DNA of 64,000 nt from Candidatus Saccharimonadota bacterium (GCA_024635455.1 JAGXIU010000003.1:226446-290445); one strand, 5' to 3'. Shown: positions 1-8,167, counted from the first letter of the stretch. Numbers and translations: made by a program. Notes: generated by a model from the letters alone, not told the origin.

Positions 1-82
1 TGCAGGGAGAGGGATTCGAACCCCCGAAGGCTGAGCCAGCTGATTTACAGTCAGCCGTGTTTGACCGCTTCACTATCCCTGC
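1..82 (-). tRNA. tRNA-Tyr (anticodon GUA) with long variable arm; any encoded CCA lies outside the window
   Basis: The reverse complement folds as a cloverleaf. Acceptor is GCAGGGA/UCCCUGC, the anticodon stem GCUGA/UCAGC carries loop CUGUAAA, and the T-loop is GGUUCGAAUCC. Confidence 0.9.
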
Positions 83-123
83 TTATTTGAAATGTACGAA
101 CTACCTGCTTTATCTAGTAGTTA

Positions 124-199
124 TGGAGCCTAGAACGGGATTTGAACCCGTGACCTCATCCTTACCATGGATGCGCTCTACCAACTGAGCTATCTAGGC
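124..199 (-). tRNA. tRNA-Thr (anticodon GGU), CCA encoded
   Basis: Reverse complement reads GCCUAGAUAGCUCAGUUGGUAGAGC...CAUCC-AUGGUAA-GGAUG...GGGUUCAAAUCCCGU-UCUAGGC-U-CCA, 76 nt. Confidence 0.92.
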
Positions 200-336
200 G
201 CATACATAAGGCTTAAACCCGAAGCCAGTATAACGTATATGGCGCTCGTTGGTATATTACGAAATACACTATTTATCATTTAGTTCGCCGTTGAGCGGTA
301 ATTGATACCACAGAAGTGTATCAAAATATGGCTATA

Positions 337-993
337 CTACACAACCCTTCTTGGCCGTTTAACTTTTTGCCGAGACGGCTGTTTTTTTGATTGCCGCATT
401 TTGTGTAGTCTATCGTCAATTTGATCCGCCTCTGCCTGCTTACCTATGCTAATGTAGGCCTTCATAAGCAGTTGTAAGCTCTCTCGGCTGGTCTCTATCT
501 CCACAGCTGTCTCGAGCTCTTTCACGGTTAGCTTCATATTGCCTAGTTTTTCTTGTACTTTTGCGTAAGCGATATGCCGGGCTGCAAGCGTATCTTCAAG
601 ACGAAGAGCTTGCTCGAATGCAACTGCCGCACGCTCATAATTTTCTGTTTCATAATAGATAAGGCCAAGATTATGTAAACTAGAGGCGGTAGGCTCGATA
701 CTACTGGCAATTTCAAAACAATCAATCGCATCTTTATACTCTTTTTGTTTTGCATATAGTATACCGAGTCGGTTATAGGCGGCAGCGTTGCGTTTATCTA
801 TTTTTAATATCGTTAATAACGCCTTTTCGGCGCGTGCAAGACGGTTTTCACGCATACCTTGATGAGCAATATCCCAAAGCTTACCTAAACGATCACCAAT
901 TATCTTAGGGATAATGATATTGTCGCTATCTTTTGGTTTTGCGTTCTGTAACGTCAATAAACCAAATCCAAATACTAGTGCTAACTCTAACAT
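337..993 (-). CDS. membrane-anchored TPR-repeat protein
   Basis: 218-aa ORF with an N-terminal hydrophobic helix (LALVFGFGLLTL), TPR-like repeats (AAAYNRLGILYAKQKEYKDAIDCFEIA, LHNLGLIYYETENYERAAVAFEQAL) and a basic tail. Confidence 0.75.
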   Translation of the reverse strand: MLELALVFGFGLLTLQNAKPKDSDNIIIPKIIGDRLGKLWDIAHQGMRENRLARAEKALLTILKIDKRNAAAYNRLGILYAKQKEYKDAIDCFEIASSIEPTASSLHNLGLIYYETENYERAAVAFEQALRLEDTLAARHIAYAKVQEKLGNMKLTVKELETAVEIETSRESLQLLMKAYISIGKQAEADQIDDRLHKMRQSKKQPSRQKVKRPRRVV

Positions 994-1008
994 CCACGTA
1001 ACATTCTA

Positions 1009-1848
1009 CTATACATTCAGGAATAAATCAGTAAGTATCAAACGAGGCTGGATATTGCGGTACAGATCTGACTCAGCACTTACTACTTGTTTGAGACGCT
1101 GGACGTTTTTTTCTGAAATTTCTTGCCTTAGCATGAAGTCTAAAATACGTTTCATGCAATATAGTATACGACCGACTTCTAGCGAATCGTTCTTTAAGCT
1201 ATCGATCATGCAAAGTCTCATATAAATACTACTCGACAGAATCTTTTTCGCCGTATCCATATGTGCAAGTAGTGGATGATCGACGCCTGATATTAATGCA
1301 GTAAACAGGCCAATGTTCCCGCCACTTAAATGATATGAACGAGTAATTTCTTGGTCTGAGACATCCACGAAGGCCTCACGAGCTGCTTGTAGTGTTACCG
1401 GCCGTACCGGGATTGACGTAAGCCGTGATGTAACCGTGTCAGCCAGGCTCGCCTTTGATAGAGCCGTAAGTATAAGCATAGTATCGGCTGGTGGCTCTTC
1501 TAGCGTCTTGAGTAGTGCGTTTTGCGCTTCTTCACGCATCATATGAGCATCTTGAATAATAATGATTCGTCTAATCTGTTGATTGCCCGGAACTTTCAGC
1601 TTTACGAGTTCCTTAATGCGACGGACCTGGTCAATGCTGATTGATTGGTTTTCTGGCTGAATAGTATGCGTATTAGCAGAACTAGCGCCTGCCCCAGTAT
1701 GACCGATAGCCTCTGATGCAATGTGTTTTGCTAGATGAAATTTGCCAGCGCCTTCATCCCCGTACAACAATAACGCGTGCGGTGGATGGTCAAGCAAAGA
1801 TTTCATTGCTTGCTCAGTATAGGGATTGTACAGCGTTAAGACGGCCAT
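1009..1848 (-). CDS. holB: DNA polymerase III delta-prime subunit (clamp-loader AAA+)
   Basis: Motifs LLLYGDEGAGKFHLAKHIA and NALLKTLEEPP. The start is trimmed to the ATG at 1848, which abuts the rluD-family stop at 1850. The longer ORF to 1923 overlaps the upstream gene. Confidence 0.8.
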   Translation of the reverse strand: MAVLTLYNPYTEQAMKSLLDHPPHALLLYGDEGAGKFHLAKHIASEAIGHTGAGASSANTHTIQPENQSISIDQVRRIKELVKLKVPGNQQIRRIIIIQDAHMMREEAQNALLKTLEEPPADTMLILTALSKASLADTVTSRLTSIPVRPVTLQAAREAFVDVSDQEITRSYHLSGGNIGLFTALISGVDHPLLAHMDTAKKILSSSIYMRLCMIDSLKNDSLEVGRILYCMKRILDFMLRQEISEKNVQRLKQVVSAESDLYRNIQPRLILTDLFLNV

Positions 1849-1849
1849 C

Positions 1850-2719
1850 TTACTGTGCGACCTTTTGTTCAAAAATATCTGGCACAGGCGCTGTAAAGGT
1901 CTCACGCTGGTTTGGGCGAACATATAGCGTTAGTTGATGCGCATGAAGATACAGTCTCTCCGCCTCTTCACCACCGTAGAGAAAATCACCAACAATCGGA
2001 CACTGAATGTAGGCCATGTGTACGCGAAGTTGGTGAGTTCGGCCAGTCTTTGGCTGCAGGGCAATGAGACTGTACGAAGAATTAGCTTGTTGCACTAAAT
2101 ATGTGGTATGCGCTTCTTTGCCACGCCTGCCAGCACGGAACGTAGCTGGTTTTTTTGGGTTTCGTTCTATAGGAACGTCTATATTTGCTTCTGTATGCTT
2201 CGGCACACCAGCCACAACAGCAATGTATTCTTTACGAACGATACGATCTGCAAACTGTTTTTGTAGGTGTACTGTTGCCTCTGGTGTTTTCGCGCAAATC
2301 ATGAGGCCGCTTGTAGCTCGATCCAGCCGATGAACAATGCCATATCGTATATTATCGTTTCCAGCCATTGCTTGTGCGTGTTGCCGCAAAAAGCTAGCAA
2401 CACTAGGTTCTTGTTTAAACTTACTTAAGGCATGACTCAACACACCAGCAGGCTTATTCACGACTAGTATATCTTCGTCCTCATAAACAATCGGGATATT
2501 GATTTCTGGTATTTCTCCGATTGACTCCATGTCATATAGGATTTCAACCGTATCTCCGCGGCTCAACTTATAGCCCGATTTTTGTGGATTTTTGTTAACT
2601 AGTACTTGGTTGTCCTTACATAAACTTTGTAAAAAACTACGACTAATCTGAGGGAAATGAGCAGCCAGAACATGGTCAACTCGTTTTTTATCCTCACGTG
2701 GCTCAACGGTAAATAACAT
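1850..2719 (-). CDS. RluA/RluD-family 23S rRNA pseudouridine synthase
   Basis: S4-like N-terminus, catalytic HRLDRATSGL motif, PKTGRTHQLRVH. Confidence 0.85.
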   Translation of the reverse strand: MLFTVEPREDKKRVDHVLAAHFPQISRSFLQSLCKDNQVLVNKNPQKSGYKLSRGDTVEILYDMESIGEIPEINIPIVYEDEDILVVNKPAGVLSHALSKFKQEPSVASFLRQHAQAMAGNDNIRYGIVHRLDRATSGLMICAKTPEATVHLQKQFADRIVRKEYIAVVAGVPKHTEANIDVPIERNPKKPATFRAGRRGKEAHTTYLVQQANSSYSLIALQPKTGRTHQLRVHMAYIQCPIVGDFLYGGEEAERLYLHAHQLTLYVRPNQRETFTAPVPDIFEQKVAQ

Positions 2720-2727
2720 ATGCGTTC

Positions 2728-3831
2728 CTACCGCCGTAAGCCAATGGCTCGCTGAACATCGTACAAGTGTCTATTTGCTATCTGATTCATGAGTTGTTCT
2801 GAGTGTTGCAAGTGGGATTCCACGGTTGCTTGTTTGACCGTCGAGCGCATCTGCTGGTGCTCACCCAGAAAGGCTGCAATCTTATCAGCCACCGCTGATT
2901 TGAGTGGCCCGTATTGTACCTGACCAAGAAATTCATGCTGGCTCCCGCCAAATAATGTATATAAATCAAGCAAGTTGCTCACACCTGGGCGTTTGTCGAA
3001 ATCATATTGAACGTCCTCATAACTATCAGTCGTTGCAGACATGATTTTTTTGCGAGCAACCTCCGGGTTATCGCTCAGGAATATGACACCCTTACCGGTG
3101 TCGTCACTCTTACTCATCTTTTTGGTTGGGTCGGCAAGATCCCGAACCCGCAGACCCTGATCTTTTCCAAAAAACTCATGTTGGTGTTTGACTGATTCTG
3201 GTAAGACAAATAGTTCTTGTTCAAACTTATTATTAATGCGCTCTGCAATGTCTCGAGTGAACTCCAGATGTTGAGTTTGATCGTCGCCAACTGGTACATA
3301 GCGAGCGTTGTACAATAAAATATCAGCGGCCATTAATATTGGATAATTAAACAAACCAACACTCCCATTCTCTTCAGTTTTTCGGATAGTAGTATCGCTC
3401 TGATCTTCGACTTCATGCGTATCCGATGGTTCAATGTTTGTGTTTTGGTGCTGAGCTACTATCGAGCGCCCTTTTTCTTTGAACTGTGTCATACGAAACA
3501 TCTCACCGAATCCGGTAAAGTTACTCAAGATTAATGCGAGTTCGCTGTGAGCTGGTATAAAGCTCTGACGGTACACGTGGACATTCTCATGATCAATCGG
3601 TAACCCGAGAGCAATGTAGTTCGATACAGTATCAAAAATAGCGTCTTGTAACCTGCTATGGTCTATCGGGGTAGTAAAACTATGTAAGTCAGGTACGAAC
3701 AAATTAATCTGATAATCATCAGCGTGTTCTTTTGCTAGATCTATCATCGGCAACAGAGCACCTAGATAATTGCCGATATGTAGGTCGTTATTGACGCGGA
3801 GGCCGGTAAGAATTGTTGTTTTGCTACTCAT
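2728..3831 (-). CDS. trpS: tryptophan--tRNA ligase
   Basis: Class I motifs HIGNYLG and KMSKS, plus PILMAADILLY. The ATG overlaps the stop of the upstream small ORF (ATGA). Confidence 0.93.
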   Translation of the reverse strand: MSSKTTILTGLRVNNDLHIGNYLGALLPMIDLAKEHADDYQINLFVPDLHSFTTPIDHSRLQDAIFDTVSNYIALGLPIDHENVHVYRQSFIPAHSELALILSNFTGFGEMFRMTQFKEKGRSIVAQHQNTNIEPSDTHEVEDQSDTTIRKTEENGSVGLFNYPILMAADILLYNARYVPVGDDQTQHLEFTRDIAERINNKFEQELFVLPESVKHQHEFFGKDQGLRVRDLADPTKKMSKSDDTGKGVIFLSDNPEVARKKIMSATTDSYEDVQYDFDKRPGVSNLLDLYTLFGGSQHEFLGQVQYGPLKSAVADKIAAFLGEHQQMRSTVKQATVESHLQHSEQLMNQIANRHLYDVQRAIGLRR

Positions 3832-4097
3832 AACGTATTGCCTTCATTATAACGTACTTGCCCTGTAGCTGAGACTGTATTTGTGTATTCTTCCCCTAAT
3901 TCATGTCGCGCGCGCTCAAAACACTCAGGCAACACATCACCTATTCTGCTACATTCCCCCTGTTCTAAGGATACCTCGGCATACTGGAGAGCAAGTGATT
4001 GAATTGTGTGCATTGGACTATCCGTAGAATACACGCGCTGTATAGGTGAGTTCGCTTCGGGTGAATGATTATCTGATTCTATATTATTAATTCTCAT
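3828..4097 (-). CDS. hypothetical small acidic protein (89 aa from ATG 4097; an alternative ATG at 4115 sits inside the terminator U-tract)
   Basis: The ORF fills the gap between the leader terminator and trpS. GGAGA (4109-4105) lies 7 nt before ATG 4097. Its stop TGA overlaps the trpS ATG. I recognise no family. Confidence 0.5.
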   Translation of the reverse strand: MRINNIESDNHSPEANSPIQRVYSTDSPMHTIQSLALQYAEVSLEQGECSRIGDVLPECFERARHELGEEYTNTVSATGQVRYNEGNTL

Positions 4098-4115
4098 TGA
4101 TAGATCTCCATGCAT

Positions 4116-4143
4116 AAAAAAACCGCCTCTCTGCAGAGACGGT
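4116..4143 (-). terminator. intrinsic terminator (segment 3:4 of the candidate attenuator)
   Basis: Minus-strand RNA ACCGUCUCU-GCAG-AGAGGCGGU forms a 9-bp stem with one G.U, followed by a U-run (7 U including the closing U). Confidence 0.65.
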
Positions 4144-4175
4144 CTACGAATTATTTTTAATATTTTGTTAGAAAA

Positions 4176-4247
4176 CTACGTAGTTAGACCGCCTCGAGCT
4201 GAGTCGGTAAACCAAATATTGAAATTTGTACGTATATATCTTTTCAC
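4176..4247 (-). CDS. candidate leaderless leader peptide (GTG start, 23 codons, single Trp codon): (M)KRYIRTNFNIWFTDSARGGLTT
   Basis: GTG lies 8 nt downstream of the TACTAT -10. UGG is at 4214-4212, 3 nt before helix segment 1. The TAG stop is at 4178-4176, 6 nt after segment 2. Confidence 0.25.
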   Translation of the reverse strand: MKRYIRTNFNIWFTDSARGGLTT

Positions 4248-4255
4248 TGCTTCAG

Positions 4256-4284
4256 ATAGTACAAAACGCATAATGTTTTGTCAA
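4256..4284 (-). promoter_or_regulatory. sigma70-type promoter TTGACA-17-TACTAT downstream of rpsI
   Basis: -35 at 4284-4279 and -10 at 4261-4256, read on the minus strand. Confidence 0.6.
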
Positions 4285-4302
4285 AAAAGTACGGAACAGC
4301 AA

Positions 4303-4704
4303 TTAACGCTTGGTGAATTGTCGTTGCTTACGAGCACTGCGTAGACCAGGCTTCTTGCGTTCTTTCTCGCGTGGATCGCGACCGAGTAAGTCAGCACGTT
4401 TCAACGTGCTCTTTAAATCAGGATTCATGACGATAAGTGATTTTGCAATCGCTAAGCGTATCGCCTCAACTTGTCCAGTCAAACCGCCGCCCTTTACTAC
4501 AACACTGAGGTCGTACTTCATAGGGTCTAAATCAACAACTACGAATGGTTGACCGAGCTTATGTAGAAGTGGCTTGCTGTTATTGAAAAAGTCTTTTACG
4601 TCTTTGCCGTTAATGACAAATCCGCCTTTTCCATTCTGGAGACGTACACGTGCAGTCGAACTCTTACGTCTTCCAAGAGCGTAGTGGTAGTGTGGTTCAG
4701 CCAT
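4303..4704 (-). CDS. rpsI: 30S ribosomal protein S9
   Basis: 133-aa ORF with a typical S9 C-terminus (RKKPGLRSARKQRQFTKR). It follows rplM with a TAATG overlap. Confidence 0.96.
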   Translation of the reverse strand: MAEPHYHYALGRRKSSTARVRLQNGKGGFVINGKDVKDFFNNSKPLLHKLGQPFVVVDLDPMKYDLSVVVKGGGLTGQVEAIRLAIAKSLIVMNPDLKSTLKRADLLGRDPREKERKKPGLRSARKQRQFTKR

Positions 4705-5147
4705 TATTTCTTGCCTTTCTTCAATGATACCGTTACCGGTTTTTGTGCTTCGTGTGTGTGCTCAGTACCGTTAAATACCTTGAGCCGTTTTAAACGCTCA
4801 TCACGCAGTTTATTAGCCGGCAGCATGCCGCGAACAGCTTGTGTAATTGCCTGAGAAGCATCTTTTTCTATAACTTGTTCAAGAGATTTACTGTATATAC
4901 CACCCGGGTGACCGCTGTGTCGATAATATGTTTTATCTAATCTTTTATTACCTGTCACCTGAAGTTGATCAGCGTTTGTGATAACCACAAAATCCCCACA
5001 ATCAATGTGAGCAGTGTATTGAGGCTTGCCCTTACCCATCAGGAGCCCTGCTACGACTGTGGCTAAACGTCCTAAAGTTACTTCAGAAGCATCAAAATGG
5101 TGCCACTGTCGAGTTACTTCTGTTGGTTTTGCACTATATGTCTTCAT
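4704..5147 (-). CDS. rplM: 50S ribosomal protein L13
   Basis: MKTYSAKPTEVTRQWHHFDA... is a typical L13 N-terminus. Confidence 0.96.
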   Translation of the reverse strand: MKTYSAKPTEVTRQWHHFDASEVTLGRLATVVAGLLMGKGKPQYTAHIDCGDFVVITNADQLQVTGNKRLDKTYYRHSGHPGGIYSKSLEQVIEKDASQAITQAVRGMLPANKLRDERLKRLKVFNGTEHTHEAQKPVTVSLKKGKK

Positions 5148-5149
5148 GA

Positions 5150-5587
5150 TTACGCCTTCGCTTTCTTGACAGCCTGCTTTGGAGCCGCTTCTTCAACAAC
5201 TGCCTCTGCGCTGTCGTTTACACCCGAAATATCATCAACGAATGATATACGAGCCAGTTGAGCATTGTCTCCGCGCCGCACACGTGTTCGTTCGATACGT
5301 AAGTAACCACTCGTTCGATCTTTCAAGAGTGGAGCTATCTCGTCAACGAGCTTATGAGCACTCGTAAGTGTATGTAGCCGCGCGATAATAAGACGACGAT
5401 TATGTACATCTGCCTTCTTAGCTTTCGTAATGAGCTTCTCCATGTATGGTCGTAGTTCCTTCGCCTTCGGAAGTGTTGTCTCTACTGCGCCATGTTCTAC
5501 AAGAGAATCAGCCAGGCTCTTCATCATCGAGCGACGCTGATCAGCTTCTCTGTGGAATTTTCGTCCTTTATACCCGTGTCGATGCAT
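5150..5587 (-). CDS. rplQ: 50S ribosomal protein L17
   Basis: MHRHGYKGRKFHREADQRRSMMKSL. It follows rpoA as in the alpha operon. Confidence 0.95.
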   Translation of the reverse strand: MHRHGYKGRKFHREADQRRSMMKSLADSLVEHGAVETTLPKAKELRPYMEKLITKAKKADVHNRRLIIARLHTLTSAHKLVDEIAPLLKDRTSGYLRIERTRVRRGDNAQLARISFVDDISGVNDSAEAVVEEAAPKQAVKKAKA

Positions 5588-5589
5588 AA

Positions 5590-6528
5590 TTACAGCTCCA
5601 ACTCAGCCATTTTATCTTTAACTTCATCAAGAGCCTTGTTGCCAAAGCCTTTCAACTCACGAAGCTCAATATCACTTAGAGAAAACAAATCTTTCAAGGT
5701 ATGCACTTCGTTATTGATTAGCGCATTTGTGGTACGAGCTGATAGATTCAGGTCTTCAATAGATGTTAGTAGTTCAGCTGGCTCATCGGATTCTGGCTCT
5801 ACTTCGATTGTCTGAGCCGTTAATGGAGCGCCGGCTTCTACTTCAGTTTGACCAGCTAGTGCAGTGTATTGATTAACTAATATTGCTGCAGCTTCTTCAA
5901 AGGCGTCACGAGGTGTAATTGTGCCATCAGTGTCAACAGTGATAAGAACCTTATCAAGGTCAGTTATCTGCCCGACACGAGTGTCTTCAACTTTGTAACG
6001 TACACGCAGGATTGGACTAAAAGCGGCGTCTAGAGCAATGAGATCTGATCGTTTTCGCTCAGAAACTTCCTCGATAGTGCGGTAACCGCGACCTGTTTCA
6101 ACTACAATATCCATGCTGAAAGATGCTTTCGCATCATCAATCGTAGCGATAACTTGATCCGGGTTCACAACCTCAACATCTGCATTTAGTTCAATATCTT
6201 TCGCAGTTACGTCGCCTTTACCTTTTTTGGTTATACGCAGCGTCTGAACTTCATCACCATATAACTTAAAGCGAATGGACTTCAGGTTTAGCATGATATC
6301 AACAATATCTTCTTTTACTCCAGGCAGCGTCGTAAACTCGTGAGTTGCGCCTTCTACCTTAAAGCCAGTGATAGCGGCTCCGGCAATACTAGAGAGTAGT
6401 ACTCTACGGATAGAGTTACCAAGAGTCATGCCATAACCTGTGTGTAATGGTTCGATAGTGAACGTTGCGCTGTTGGTGTCGTGTTCGTTAACACTAACTA
6501 GCCCCGGTGTGTGAATAAGATTTGACAT
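5590..6528 (-). CDS. rpoA: DNA-directed RNA polymerase alpha subunit
   Basis: 312 aa, with the N-terminal domain motif LGNSIRRVLLSSI and a C-terminal domain (LSARTTNAL...LKGFGNKALDEV). Confidence 0.96.
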   Translation of the reverse strand: MSNLIHTPGLVSVNEHDTNSATFTIEPLHTGYGMTLGNSIRRVLLSSIAGAAITGFKVEGATHEFTTLPGVKEDIVDIMLNLKSIRFKLYGDEVQTLRITKKGKGDVTAKDIELNADVEVVNPDQVIATIDDAKASFSMDIVVETGRGYRTIEEVSERKRSDLIALDAAFSPILRVRYKVEDTRVGQITDLDKVLITVDTDGTITPRDAFEEAAAILVNQYTALAGQTEVEAGAPLTAQTIEVEPESDEPAELLTSIEDLNLSARTTNALINNEVHTLKDLFSLSDIELRELKGFGNKALDEVKDKMAELEL

Positions 6529-6546
6529 AATATGTGTTCGGCCTCC

Positions 6547-7161
6547 CTACCGTGAATAATACTCTACAATTAATTGCTCATTAATGTCTGGCTCAGCGTC
6601 ATCGCGCGACGGTGATCCAGATACAACAATTTCAAACTTTTTACGATTGACTTTGAGCCACGCTGGTGACTCTGATGGTGCTGGACTGGTGTCGTCAATC
6701 TTCTTAAAATATTCGTTCTGCTGGCTTTTCTTGCGCAAAACAATCTTGTCATCTGCCTTCAGGCGAATCGATGGGATATCTACACGACGTCCATTTAGTT
6801 CGAAATGACCATGCGTTACAAGCTGTCGAGCAGCTCGGCGTGATGGAGCAAATCCAGCTCGGTATACAGCGTTATCCATACGACTCTCTAGGAACTCAAG
6901 TAGTGTTGCTCCTGATTTGCCTTTAGCTTTCGATGCTTCTTTCATCAAATTACTAAATTGTCGTTCGAGAAGACCATACAGTCGTTTTACTTTCTGCTTC
7001 TCTCGTAACTGAATAGCGTATTGGCTCGGCTTGCCGCGTTGGTTACGACCCTGTTCACCAGGAACGGTAGATCGCTTAACAAGAGCCTTGTGTGCTTTCG
7101 GGTGAAGTGCATAGCCTTCACGACGACTCATTTTTACAATTGACTGTCTATCTCGTGCCAT
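6547..7161 (-). CDS. rpsD: 30S ribosomal protein S4
   Basis: The start is trimmed to MARDRQSIVKMSRREG at 7161. The longer ORF overlaps rpsK. Confidence 0.93.
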   Translation of the reverse strand: MARDRQSIVKMSRREGYALHPKAHKALVKRSTVPGEQGRNQRGKPSQYAIQLREKQKVKRLYGLLERQFSNLMKEASKAKGKSGATLLEFLESRMDNAVYRAGFAPSRRAARQLVTHGHFELNGRRVDIPSIRLKADDKIVLRKKSQQNEYFKKIDDTSPAPSESPAWLKVNRKKFEIVVSGSPSRDDAEPDINEQLIVEYYSR

Positions 7162-7165
7162 TATG

Positions 7166-7585
7166 CTATACCCTTCGTGCCTTTCTTGGACGGCATCCAC
7201 CATGCGCAACTCCAGTTACATCAATAATAGATTCCACTACAATATCGTGATTCTGCATCGCACGGACAACTGCTTCACGTCCGAGCCCAACGCCTCTAAT
7301 GTAGGCGTCCACCTTGGAGGTGCCATGTAGTTGCTTTAATGATTCAGCTGCTTTATCTGCGGCAACTTGAGCAGCATAAGCAGTAGATTTTTTGCTCCCA
7401 CGGAAACCGCATGCGCCAGCGCTAGAGCTAACTAGTGCGCCACCGCTTTGATCTGTAAAGGTTACGATGGTGTTATTAAATGTAGCCAGTACATGCAGTT
7501 GTGCATACGGAACCGAACGCTTGGCTTTTTTTCGTCGAGCCTTCGCTGGGGCATCAGTTGTTGGTTTAGTAGTTTGTTCACTCAT
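7166..7585 (-). CDS. rpsK: 30S ribosomal protein S11
   Basis: S11 core (HVLATFNNTIVTFTD...GSKKSTAYAAQ). Confidence 0.96.
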   Translation of the reverse strand: MSEQTTKPTTDAPAKARRKKAKRSVPYAQLHVLATFNNTIVTFTDQSGGALVSSSAGACGFRGSKKSTAYAAQVAADKAAESLKQLHGTSKVDAYIRGVGLGREAVVRAMQNHDIVVESIIDVTGVAHGGCRPRKARRV

Positions 7586-7608
7586 AATTATATATACTCA
7601 GTTCCTTC

Positions 7609-7995
7609 CTACGTCTTGGTAGCAGCTTTCTTTTGTGTACCACCAACTGCAACACGTTTACCACGTCTTGTACGAGCATTTGTCTTGGTGCGCTGGCCTC
7701 TGCTAGGCAGATTTGATTTATGTCGTGTACCACGATAAGCATTGATATCTTTTAGACGTTTGATGTTTGTTGATACTGAACGCTGTAACTCACCCTCAAC
7801 GGTATAATCTTCGTTGATACATTCTTGGATTTTTGACAGTTCAGCGTCAGTAAGATCTTTAACACGAACAATCGGATCGATCTTCGTCTTTTCTAAAATC
7901 TGTGCACTATACGCTCGTCCAATACCATGAACATAGGTGAGAGATATTTGTACTTGCTTGTTATCTGGAATGACAACTCCTGATATACGTGCCAT
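7609..7995 (-). CDS. rpsM: 30S ribosomal protein S13
   Basis: MARISGVVIPDNKQVQISLTYVHGIG. Confidence 0.96.
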   Translation of the reverse strand: MARISGVVIPDNKQVQISLTYVHGIGRAYSAQILEKTKIDPIVRVKDLTDAELSKIQECINEDYTVEGELQRSVSTNIKRLKDINAYRGTRHKSNLPSRGQRTKTNARTRRGKRVAVGGTQKKAATKT

Positions 7996-7998
7996 ACG

Positions 7999-8115
7999 TT
8001 ACCCCTGCCTCTGTTTGTGCTTCGGTTTATACTTATTGATAACATAGAGCCTACCTTTGCGGCGGACGATCTTGTCATCTGGACTAATTTTCTTAACACT
8101 TGCACGCACTTTCAT
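7999..8115 (-). CDS. rpmJ: 50S ribosomal protein L36, Cys-less (C-minus) form
   Basis: This ORF is absent from the ORF track (under 60 aa), so I translated it by hand: [44 protein letters not shown] lies 9 nt upstream. It sits in the canonical infA-rpmJ-rpsM position. Confidence 0.9.
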   Translation of the reverse strand: MKVRASVKKISPDDKIVRRKGRLYVINKYKPKHKQRQG

Positions 8116-8167
8116 GCGGATCATCTCCTTTTAACTCAGCGATGACACACTGCTTAATTTAATAAAG

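Noticed and set aside
1849-1923. 5' extensions of track ORFs: holB to 1923, rpsD to 7209, rpsG to 24549, rpsL to 24892, rplW to 17435, tyrS to 42696, the PLC-like protein to 38504 and malic enzyme to 56468
   Set aside because: The extensions overlap the upstream gene or use TTG or GTG codons. The canonical N-termini (for example [33 protein letters not shown]) begin at internal ATGs with proper signals.
4116-4249. T-box riboswitch upstream of trpS
   Set aside because: trpS is T-box-controlled in Firmicutes, but this leader is only about 130 nt and AU-rich. It lacks a recognisable stem I with a specifier loop and the conserved T-box sequence (AAUUAGGGUGGUACCGCG-like). The 2:3 helix has no UGGN bulge. 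A peptide-based attenuator or a small RNA fits better.
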